A DNA stretch of 64,000 nt from an uncultured Selenomonadales bacterium (GTDB lineage: Bacteria; Bacillota; Negativicutes; Selenomonadales; Selenomonadaceae): assembly GCA_946536925.1 (NCBI GenBank), contig CAMNFC010000001.1, positions 4,064 through 68,063 of the forward strand. Direction: 5' to 3'. Under the pieces are notes generated by a model. That model ran no database searches. It was given only the letters and a program-made list of their open reading frames with translations, and was not told the origin of the DNA. This document shows, piece after piece, positions 27,888 to 36,171 of the stretch. Within the stretch, counting starts at the first letter, position 1, and each line of letters opens with the position of its first letter. The position numbers and the translations under genes are program-made.

Positions 27888-29885
27888 ATGTCGATGACGG
27901 TAAAAAATAATTTGTCGGCGGTTCGCGCGCTCAATCAAGTCAACGAAAACAATTCGGAACTTCAGCGGCGATTGCAAAAAGTTTCCAGCGGAATGAAAAT
28001 TAATTCGGCCGGCGACGACGCTTCGGGCTATTCGATTTCCGAGAGAATGCGCGTGCAACTCCGCAGCCTCAATCAAGATTATCAAAACGTTCAAAACGGC
28101 TCGGCGATGCTGCGGACGGCTTCGGGCGGCGTGGAAGATATCGTAAATCTTTTGCGCACGATGAAGGAGAAGGCAATCAACGCCGCAAACGATTCAAACA
28201 CCGACGAAGACCGCCAAACGATTCAAAAGGAACTCACGCAACTTATCGACACGATTAACGACGTGGCACTTGGCAACGAGTACAACGGCAAAAGACTCCT
28301 CGACGGCCGCTACGACCCGAAAACCAAATACAAGGACGCCGCAACGACCGCCGTGGAAGTCGCAAAGGGAATGATGACTTCGTTAAACAATTCGACTTCA
28401 TCGGCCGCTACAGCTCTCGACGAGGCGATTAAAGCCGCTTCCAACGGAAAATTTTCCACGACGGATTCTCTCGTCCAAAGTTTTTTGCGCGACTTGGACG
28501 CGGCCGCCCCAACGGATACGACTTCTGCCCGAAAATTTTTGGAAGATTACTGCGATATAATTTTGCTCAACGACGACACGGGCGCAATCACAGGCTCCGA
28601 CGCGGGCGGCGATACGACTAAGACCGCTTCCTCCGTCGTGCCCGAACAAGTCGCCGTGACCAGCTGGGGTTTGCCGACACTCGGAGGCTCAACCACGATT
28701 GACGGCTTGACGATTAACTGGCCGACCACAGGCGCAAGCGGCAGCACGCTCACTGATAAAGAAGAACACATCCTCAAAGGTTTGAACTCGGATTGGATTG
28801 AACAAAGTTTGAATCTCGTCAAGGAAAGCTACGGCATTGACTTCAACGACGAGGGCGCGACCGTAAAATCAATTAACGTCACTTTTGAAAACGACAGCAC
28901 CAACAATCGGCTCGCGGCCGTCAGTCACATGTACAACCCCGCCACGGGAAACGCCACTTCCTTAACATTGATCGTCAACATGCATTACTACAACACCATT
29001 GACACGGCCAGCCCCGACGGCGCAAATACAAACCCTTCATTGGGTGCAGGTTATCTCGACCGCACGATTGCTCACGAATTCACTCACGCGGTCATGGCGG
29101 CCAACATCAAAAATTTTTCTTCCTTGCCAAAATATTTTAAAGAGGGCACCGCCGAACTCGTCCACGGCATTGATGACATTCGCACGGATAGAATTAATCA
29201 GTTGCTCACCACGCGCAAAAATGACCTTGAAGATATTTTGAACGGAACGATTGAAGGCGACGACGGCGACCCCTACGCGGCGGGCTACATGCTCCTGCGC
29301 TATCTTTCCAAACAAGGACAGGCTTTGACGGGCGGAAGAATAGGTGAGAACACAAGATTTAATCCGCTGGTCATTCAGCACGGTACGCAAGCCGGCCAAC
29401 ACATGAATCTTTTTATCAAGGACATGCAAACCAAATCTTTGACGGCCGGCGACATTTTCAACAGCAAGGACGAACTCATCAACGAGAGCGATAAGGCTCG
29501 CTATCAAGCTTTGAACTACGACCCCGACAAGCAAGCGCAGTGGCTTGAAACTCTCCGTGCGGCGGCAGGCATGACGATTGATGATATATCCGTCAAGACC
29601 AAGGAAGACGCCAACATCGCTATCAGAGTTTTGGACGGTGCGCTGGAATATTCTCTCGACAACGCCACGACGATTGGCGCGTACCTCCAACGCCTCGACT
29701 TCACCGCGACGAACATCACAACTTCCGCCGAAAATGTTCAGGCCGCCGAATCGACTATCCGCGACGCTGACATGGCCAAAGAGATGATGAATTACACCAA
29801 GGCCAACGTCCTCTTACAGGCCGCGCAGTCCATGCTCGCTCAAGCCAATCAAAGTCCCGAAAACGTTTTGGGGTTGCTTCAATAA
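27888..29885 (+). CDS. Flagellin with embedded zinc-metalloprotease domain (flagellinolysin-type proteolytic flagellin)
   Basis: The N-terminal (LSAVRALNQ ... MKINSAGDDASGYSISERM) and C-terminal (IGAYLQRL ... DADMAKEMMNYTKANVLLQA ... LLQ) D0/D1 segments are canonical flagellin. The ~400-aa insert carries HEFTH (29073-29087) and a downstream KEGTAEL. Confidence 0.85.
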   Translation: MSMTVKNNLSAVRALNQVNENNSELQRRLQKVSSGMKINSAGDDASGYSISERMRVQLRSLNQDYQNVQNGSAMLRTASGGVEDIVNLLRTMKEKAINAANDSNTDEDRQTIQKELTQLIDTINDVALGNEYNGKRLLDGRYDPKTKYKDAATTAVEVAKGMMTSLNNSTSSAATALDEAIKAASNGKFSTTDSLVQSFLRDLDAAAPTDTTSARKFLEDYCDIILLNDDTGAITGSDAGGDTTKTASSVVPEQVAVTSWGLPTLGGSTTIDGLTINWPTTGASGSTLTDKEEHILKGLNSDWIEQSLNLVKESYGIDFNDEGATVKSINVTFENDSTNNRLAAVSHMYNPATGNATSLTLIVNMHYYNTIDTASPDGANTNPSLGAGYLDRTIAHEFTHAVMAANIKNFSSLPKYFKEGTAELVHGIDDIRTDRINQLLTTRKNDLEDILNGTIEGDDGDPYAAGYMLLRYLSKQGQALTGGRIGENTRFNPLVIQHGTQAGQHMNLFIKDMQTKSLTAGDIFNSKDELINESDKARYQALNYDPDKQAQWLETLRAAAGMTIDDISVKTKEDANIAIRVLDGALEYSLDNATTIGAYLQRLDFTATNITTSAENVQAAESTIRDADMAKEMMNYTKANVLLQAAQSMLAQANQSPENVLGLLQ

Positions 29886-30008
29886 AAATTTTTTTCACTT
29901 CGGCAACGTGACGTTGCATCCGGCGTGTGTTCTTTCAACCGCCAAATAATTTTTTATTCGCTAATACACTTTGCCAATTAATTTTTTCAGGCAAATTTTT
30001 TTTTGCGC

Positions 30009-30043
30009 AAAAAAAACCCCCCGCCAAAATTTTTGACGGGAGG
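30009..30043 (-). terminator. Rho-independent terminator of the giant RTX-like gene
   Basis: On the minus strand this reads CCTCCCGTC-AAAAATTTT-GGCGGGGGG followed by T8. The stem is imperfect. Confidence 0.5.
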
Positions 30044-30089
30044 CCGAACCGATTATTCAGTTCAAATTATTTTTGCGTAACGTTGTCTC

Positions 30090-33000
30090 TTATTCGAATT
30101 GTTGCGTCTGACGGTTTGCTTTGATGGTGGTGCCGTCGTCGAAGGAGAAGGTGACTTCCGCGCTGTTCTGGATATTGAGCGAGCCGCCGTCCTTGAAGCT
30201 GACGTTGATTGCGCCGGATTCAATAACCGTGCCGTCGAAGTCAATCTGATCGAGGGTCGCGCCGAGGTGGATGATATCTCCGTCGAGGCCGCCGAGGATG
30301 GTGTCGTTGCCGTTGCCCATCTCGTAGTAGAACTCGTTGTGGACATAGCCCGCGACCATCAAGTCGTTGGCGTTGCCTGCGCCGCCCCACATGCTTGCGT
30401 TGCCGTTGCCGCCAATGATCGTGTTGGCCACGTTGTTACCGGCCATTTCGACGTTGGCGGTGGAGCCTGTCGCGTCGATGACGGAGAAGTCGCCGACGAA
30501 TTCGACACCGTCGCTGTAGTCAGGAGCTTCGAGCCAGACTTTGGCGGAGGTGATGCTTTCGCCGATCTTGACGGTTGCGTTCTTCTCGGTTGCCGCGTAG
30601 AAGTCGACGTAGCTGTTGTTGACGGTGACTTCGCTTGCCGCAATCTGAGCGACGGTCTCGGTCTCGGTGCCGCGGTCGACGAGCATTTCTTCGCCTGCCG
30701 CACCAACGATGCTGACTTTTTCAGTCGCGCCGGTTTCTTGACCCTTGACAGCGATAGCAACTGCGCCGTTGACGACTTTGAGGTCGGTGACTTCGTTGCC
30801 GTCCGCCATGCCGAGGTTCAAGTTATCGAAGGTCGCCTGGTTGGTCGCGCCTTGCTCGATGAACTCGAATCCAACGATGGTGTTCTGTGCGCCGTTGTGG
30901 ATACCGATGTTGAAGAACTCGGTGGAGCCGACTTTGTCTTCGTTTACGCCGCTGGGGAGACCGATGAGGACGTTCTTGCCGCCGCCGCCGTAGAGCGAGC
31001 TTTCACCGATACCGGCAATCAGAGTTTCGTTGCCTTTGCCGCCCTTGAAGATTGTCGTGCCCGATCCGCCGATGAGCGTGTTGACCGCAGAGCCGATTGA
31101 AACGTCAGTGGAGCCGACCGCGCTCGGATAATCGAGATCTTCGCCGTCCACGTCGATTCCAACGTAGCCGCTGTAGTTGCTGAAGTCAATCGCGCCGTCT
31201 TTGGCCAGATAGTAGTTCGGGACGATATCGTCGTTATCGGTAACTTCGATTGTGCCGCCTTCTTCAGCGATAGCCGCGTAGAGAACTTCGGAGCCGTTGA
31301 TGAATCTCTGCTTGACGAATTCGCCGTCTTCGTCGGTTTCAGCCAACAAGGAGGACTTGCTGGAGGTGTCAACGATTCCGAGCACGCCGTCGGTGAAGGT
31401 GTAATCCAACTTGCCGTCGTAGCTCGTCACGTCGAAGATATCGCCCTCGAAGCCGCTGTGCAGATTCTCAACTGCGTCGCCTGCGCCGCGTCCGACGATG
31501 ATCGTTGCAGCTTCACGTCCGGCTGTGTCGTCCAGGATAACGGTGTCTACGCCGTCGCCCGTGTCGATTGTGTCGCCCGCGCCAGCAAAGACCGTATCGT
31601 CATAGAGGCCGGTAATGAGCGAGGAGGCTGCCTTGTTGCCGTCGTAGTTGCCCACGAGCACAACTTCTTCCGCAATAGCCGAAGCGTCGAATGTGCCGCC
31701 GTCCACATCGGCGAAGCCCACGAGCTGACCGAAGTCATCGCCGTAGTCGTCGTCGCCGCCTCTGTCTTTGTAACCGAACAGACGAACCATGGTGCCCGGC
31801 GTGCCGCTCACGTTGTTGACAGTGATTTGCGTCTTGCGGTCGGTGCCTTCGGGCAAGGTGCCTGTGCCGTCAGCTTCGCCGCGGTCGATTGCAAAGATCG
31901 AGCCGTTGTCGAAGACCAGCAAGCCGTCTTTGATTGCGTCTTCAATGTCTTCTTTGATGTAAGGCAGTTCAGGATCGTGAATGACGATGCCGCTCTTGGA
32001 GTTGATGACGTCGTAGTTTTCCAAGACGATGTTGGCATTGGCCGCCGCGTAGGTGATGATCTTGTCGATACCGTTGGAGGCCATGTCGATGGTCGTGGTC
32101 ATCGCGCTCTCACGATAGATAGCATCTTCGCGAGTTTCGCCGCGGATAACGATTGTGTCGTTGCCTGCGCCGGTGGTGATGGACACGGAGCCGTTTTCGT
32201 CGCGGCCGTCCATGATGACAGCGTCGCCCTTGTCGCCCAGGAGGATTGTCTTGTCGCCTTTGGCCGCCGCAGAGACGATAGCAACGTTGCCGCCCTCGTC
32301 GTTGAAGATAACGGAGTTGTCTTCCGTGTCGTCGAAGGTGTATTGAGCCGTGCCGCTCACGCTGCTGAGGTCTTGGCTGCCGTCGGTGGATTCAACGTAG
32401 TTTGCGCTGCGGTCGTTGACGCCCAAGGTGTTGAGGATGAAGTCGCGGTCGGTGTTGTTGTTGAAGATCGGGTGATCAGGATCATTGTCATAGGAGCTGC
32501 GGGCTTTGCTTCTGGTCTGGAAGCCGACAACTTCGATGTCTTCTTCAGCGATCTTGTAGCCGTCGTATTCCACATCGTTGACGGTGAGGGTTTCGCCCTT
32601 GGCAAATCCGTCGACAGTGAGGATAGCGTCTTCGTCCAGGTCGCCGACTTCGCCGTCCGCGCTGATTGTGAGTTCGCCGTCGTTGTCGTCTTCAACAGTG
32701 TAAGTTCTGCCGTTGACGGTGAAGGTGTCGGTGCCGCCCGTGGTGGTGAATTCGAAGACGGTTTCGGCGTCGGTGGTGGTGCCTTCAACGTAGCTGTTGA
32801 CAACGTCGCCGCTCTTGAGGCCGGTAACAGTGTCGAGAGCCGTGCCGGTGGTGGAGGTCGCTTTGGCAACTTGATCATCATCAGCATAGTTCACGGTCAG
32901 GACGTTGCCGTTGATGATGATGCCGCTGTCGTTTTCGTCGATGTCCGCGCTGCCGACAAAGCCGTACACGCCGTCAATCGTGACGTCGCCGTTGGTGGTG

Positions 33001-34943
33001 TTGGAGAATTTGGCCGTGCCGCCTTCTTGCTCGAAGTTGAATTCGATGTTGTCATCGGAAACAACTGCGTCTGCGCCGAGCGCGCCGAGAGTGAATTGCG
33101 AAGTATCAGCGTCAGTCAAAGCAACAGTGACGTAGCCGTCCTCGTCGGTGACGGTGGGAACAGCGATGTCGTTGCCGTTGTAGCGCAGGCCGATTCTGTC
33201 GTCTTCATCGGTGGGAACGGTGATTTGGTCGCCTTTTGCAGTAAAGACGAAGCGGACGATGTTGTCGCCCTCTTGGACGAGGTAGCCCTTGCCGCTGTAT
33301 TCGAATTCGTCGCCTTCGCCGTCGGTGACAGTGCCGCCGTTGCCGTTGTCGACATAGACGCCAGCGATTCCGCCGTTCACGCCGTCAACCGTGAAGACTT
33401 GAGCTTCATCAGCAACATGAACCTGAGGATAGGCGTTTGCGTTTGCGTCGGCTTTGCCATTATAGGTGAAGTCGCCGGTGTTGACAGAGACGTAGCCGTT
33501 GACAGCCGCGGAGGTGATGAGACCTGTAGCAGGAACATTGTAGCCGGCCTTGATGATCGGGATGCCGCCTTCTTCGTCGGTGACGTTGGGAGCGGTGACG
33601 GTCATGGTGTCTTTGTCGGAAGTGAAGAGGTCGAGGTTCTGGACGCCTTCAACATTGCCGTCTTCGTTGAAGTAAATCTTGATACCTTTTTTAACATTGC
33701 CGTTTTCGTCGGTGAAAGTAGCGCGGGTACCTTTGGAAATGGCGAAGTCAAATTGGGTATCGCCGATAGTGAGCGAAGCGGAAGCAGCAGTGACTTCAGC
33801 AACATAGCCATATTTGGTCTTGGTGACGGTGTAGTTGGAGCCGGTGATGATCTCGGAGCCCGCGAGGACTTCGTCGTCGTCATAGACTTTGAAGTTGGAG
33901 TCGGTTACGGTGATAGCGTCGCCGGTGTTGACCAGGACGAAACCGGCAACGGTGGTGCCGTTGGTGATGAAGTAAGCTTTTTCGTCATTGTCGCCTTCGT
34001 CCGCCGCGTATTTATAAGTGGTGGTGCCAATCTTGATAGAGCCGGACTCAACAGTAGCATCGGTGTCGGCGTTATCTGTCGTGGGCGGAGCAATCAAGGT
34101 AACATCATCAGCCGCTTTGACTTGAATGACTGCGCCGTCTTCAGCAGCCAGTTCGCTCAAATCCATAGCGAGTTTGCCGTCGGAGCCGTAGGTAAGAGTG
34201 AATTCGCCGGCTGCGGCGCGGACGTTCTTAATTTGAATGCTGTTGTCGTCAAGCGTGAACTTGTAATCGCCGTTGACAGCGACAATGCCGCCTGCGCTCT
34301 CGTCGGTGTCGATGGATTCAAGGGTTACGATGTAGCCGTTTTCATCGAGATTTAAGACACTTTCGGAACCGAAGCCGCTAAGGTCGGCAGTAATCTTGCC
34401 GTTTTCGGACGTGTACGAGTCATTATCACCGGCACTGTAGCCGCTCCAGATCATGAAGTGACCGTTGCCGCTACTCAAGTGAGCCTGCGTTGCGATGCCG
34501 TTGCTCAAAGCCACGTTCAAGCCGCTCGAGCCGCCGAATGCGAAGTTAACAGAGCCCTGATCGATTTGGAACGGTTTGTCGTCAGAGACAGCTTCAGTGA
34601 AGGAGAAGCCCGCAACCGAATTAACTTCGATTTCTTTGTAGGTGAGGTTGCCGTCCGCGCCGCCGTCTTCTTTCACGGTGACTTTGGTGGCCACGAAGCC
34701 GAGCCACACGCCGGTGTTGTTGCCGGTGAGCGGGTTGCCGTTCTTCCAGACGTATTCGGAGCCGTCGGTCTTGGTGACTTCCGTTTTGGCATCCAGAATG
34801 TTTTCGGCTTCTTCGTCTTGATAAGTTGCGGAGCTGTCGCCCGTGGTGTCGGTGTTGTTCACAAAGCCGCTGTCGGTGTCGTCTGACGGAGCAACAAATT
34901 CTTCAAATTCAAACTCGTCAAGGACGCTGAAAAAATCATTCAT
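30090..34943 (-). CDS. Giant acidic secreted repeat protein with C-terminal RTX-like Gly/Asp beta-roll repeats (putative T1SS adhesin)
   Basis: 1617 aa, rich in D, G, T and V, with no N-terminal signal peptide. 9-residue repeats occur near the C-terminus (GGSGTTIFKGGKGNETLIAGIGESSLYGGGGKNVLIG and GGNGNASMWGGAGNAND). GGGAG RBS. Confidence 0.7.
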   Translation of the reverse strand: MNDFFSVLDEFEFEEFVAPSDDTDSGFVNNTDTTGDSSATYQDEEAENILDAKTEVTKTDGSEYVWKNGNPLTGNNTGVWLGFVATKVTVKEDGGADGNLTYKEIEVNSVAGFSFTEAVSDDKPFQIDQGSVNFAFGGSSGLNVALSNGIATQAHLSSGNGHFMIWSGYSAGDNDSYTSENGKITADLSGFGSESVLNLDENGYIVTLESIDTDESAGGIVAVNGDYKFTLDDNSIQIKNVRAAAGEFTLTYGSDGKLAMDLSELAAEDGAVIQVKAADDVTLIAPPTTDNADTDATVESGSIKIGTTTYKYAADEGDNDEKAYFITNGTTVAGFVLVNTGDAITVTDSNFKVYDDDEVLAGSEIITGSNYTVTKTKYGYVAEVTAASASLTIGDTQFDFAISKGTRATFTDENGNVKKGIKIYFNEDGNVEGVQNLDLFTSDKDTMTVTAPNVTDEEGGIPIIKAGYNVPATGLITSAAVNGYVSVNTGDFTYNGKADANANAYPQVHVADEAQVFTVDGVNGGIAGVYVDNGNGGTVTDGEGDEFEYSGKGYLVQEGDNIVRFVFTAKGDQITVPTDEDDRIGLRYNGNDIAVPTVTDEDGYVTVALTDADTSQFTLGALGADAVVSDDNIEFNFEQEGGTAKFSNTTNGDVTIDGVYGFVGSADIDENDSGIIINGNVLTVNYADDDQVAKATSTTGTALDTVTGLKSGDVVNSYVEGTTTDAETVFEFTTTGGTDTFTVNGRTYTVEDDNDGELTISADGEVGDLDEDAILTVDGFAKGETLTVNDVEYDGYKIAEEDIEVVGFQTRSKARSSYDNDPDHPIFNNNTDRDFILNTLGVNDRSANYVESTDGSQDLSSVSGTAQYTFDDTEDNSVIFNDEGGNVAIVSAAAKGDKTILLGDKGDAVIMDGRDENGSVSITTGAGNDTIVIRGETREDAIYRESAMTTTIDMASNGIDKIITYAAANANIVLENYDVINSKSGIVIHDPELPYIKEDIEDAIKDGLLVFDNGSIFAIDRGEADGTGTLPEGTDRKTQITVNNVSGTPGTMVRLFGYKDRGGDDDYGDDFGQLVGFADVDGGTFDASAIAEEVVLVGNYDGNKAASSLITGLYDDTVFAGAGDTIDTGDGVDTVILDDTAGREAATIIVGRGAGDAVENLHSGFEGDIFDVTSYDGKLDYTFTDGVLGIVDTSSKSSLLAETDEDGEFVKQRFINGSEVLYAAIAEEGGTIEVTDNDDIVPNYYLAKDGAIDFSNYSGYVGIDVDGEDLDYPSAVGSTDVSIGSAVNTLIGGSGTTIFKGGKGNETLIAGIGESSLYGGGGKNVLIGLPSGVNEDKVGSTEFFNIGIHNGAQNTIVGFEFIEQGATNQATFDNLNLGMADGNEVTDLKVVNGAVAIAVKGQETGATEKVSIVGAAGEEMLVDRGTETETVAQIAASEVTVNNSYVDFYAATEKNATVKIGESITSAKVWLEAPDYSDGVEFVGDFSVIDATGSTANVEMAGNNVANTIIGGNGNASMWGGAGNANDLMVAGYVHNEFYYEMGNGNDTILGGLDGDIIHLGATLDQIDFDGTVIESGAINVSFKDGGSLNIQNSAEVTFSFDDGTTIKANRQTQQFE

Positions 34944-35197
34944 TTAAAAAGTACTCCCTTCTTTAGCCGCGTCTTTTTTTGGAAAGTTGCGGCTCTCTGA
35001 AAAAAGATTCGTGAAACAGATTGAACCCCTTTTTGGATAATCCCAAAAACCAAAACAGCGTCGGATTCGGGCGAACCCTACACGATTCGTCGAACCCAAA
35101 CGCCACAGCCCATGACCTTGCGCCATTCGTTCCCCAACTGCCGGCGAAGATCCCCCTTGTAACAGCCGCGTCCACCAAACGCCCCGCTGTCGGGCGC

Positions 35198-35226
35198 AGA
35201 ATAACGCAGGAAGCAATTTTTGTCAA
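35198..35226 (-). promoter_or_regulatory. sigma70-type promoter for the giant RTX-like gene
   Basis: On the minus strand this reads TTGACA, 17 nt, TATTCT. The -35 element overlaps the PAP2 stop codon. It predicts a ~250-nt leader. Confidence 0.4.
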
Positions 35227-36170
35227 GTGTTTACTTTAAAACGCCTTTCAACTTTGGTAAAAATCAGCGGAATGACAAACAAAATCGCGAAGAACGGCAA
35301 GAACGCCTTGAAAAATTCGTAAGCCTCGAAGGACAAAAAAATTTTCAGCAGAGGATAGACGACGGCCGATATCACGCCCAAAACGCCGAAGCCGATAATC
35401 ACGCGCCACAATTTATTTTTTGCGGAAACTTTTGTTTTAAAGCGGATAAATTTATCTTCGAGGAACCAGCCGAGGAAAAATGCCAGCCCGAAACCCGCGG
35501 CGTCAAATGCGGCGGCACGAGCACTCAACGGGTCGACGATAACCTTGCCGTTGAAAACATCTTCGGGGTACGGTTTGAAGTAGAGCCACAAAGAAACGAG
35601 AATCACACCGCCCAGCCCGCAGAGGAAAAAAATTAATTTGCGTTCGTCGTCCTTGCCGAGCCAATTAAAAATTCTCTCCGCGACGAAAAATAATCCGATT
35701 GAATAAATCATCGCGAACAAAACATCTTGCGGAGTGTGCACGCCCAAAAAATTTCTGCTGAATGCGACGGCCAAAACAATCAGCGCGCAGGGAATCATCA
35801 GCCACGGCAAAATTTTCCGATAAAAAAACGCGAAGCCGCCGTAAATCGCCGTTGTGAATTGAGCGTGACCGCTCGGAAAAGAAAATTCGGAGGCGACGGC
35901 TTGAGCCTCGGCGGACGGAATCAGCGCGGCGTCTTTGAACCACGGACGATAGACGCAAAAAGTTCCTTTGAGCAATTCGTTGATGACGCGGCCGATTTGA
36001 GCGTTGAAGAGCAAAAAAATCCCCGCGTGCTTATTTATGCACCAAAAAAGTATCGCGGGCAACGCGGCAGTGATCGCGCTTTTGGGCAGATGAGAGACGG
36101 CTGAAAAAAAACTTTCGCCGCCCCAATCGTTACGAAGCTCCTGTAAAAAAATCAGATAATCTAAATCCAT
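35223..36170 (-). CDS. PAP2 family membrane phosphatase
   Basis: The three PAP2 motifs are present: KGTFCVYRP, PSGH and SRNFLGVHTPQD. Confidence 0.85.
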   Translation of the reverse strand: MDLDYLIFLQELRNDWGGESFFSAVSHLPKSAITAALPAILFWCINKHAGIFLLFNAQIGRVINELLKGTFCVYRPWFKDAALIPSAEAQAVASEFSFPSGHAQFTTAIYGGFAFFYRKILPWLMIPCALIVLAVAFSRNFLGVHTPQDVLFAMIYSIGLFFVAERIFNWLGKDDERKLIFFLCGLGGVILVSLWLYFKPYPEDVFNGKVIVDPLSARAAAFDAAGFGLAFFLGWFLEDKFIRFKTKVSAKNKLWRVIIGFGVLGVISAVVYPLLKIFLSFEAYEFFKAFLPFFAILFVIPLIFTKVERRFKVNT

Positions 36171-36171
36171 G

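Noticed and set aside
31458-34355. 965-aa plus-strand ORF, plus 30099..31100 and 34458..34886
   Set aside because: Antisense to the 1617-aa RTX-like gene. It is a Val/Ala/Gly/Asp-rich mirror translation, typical of the reverse frame of GAC/GGC/GTC-rich repeats.
34944-35226. Assigning the RTX leader specifically to the ydaO (c-di-AMP) or GEMM (c-di-GMP) riboswitch class
   Set aside because: Only short segments resemble the remembered consensus cores, and key conserved stretches (for example ACGCAAAGCC or AGCUAAC) are not matched. The class is left open pending a covariance-model search.
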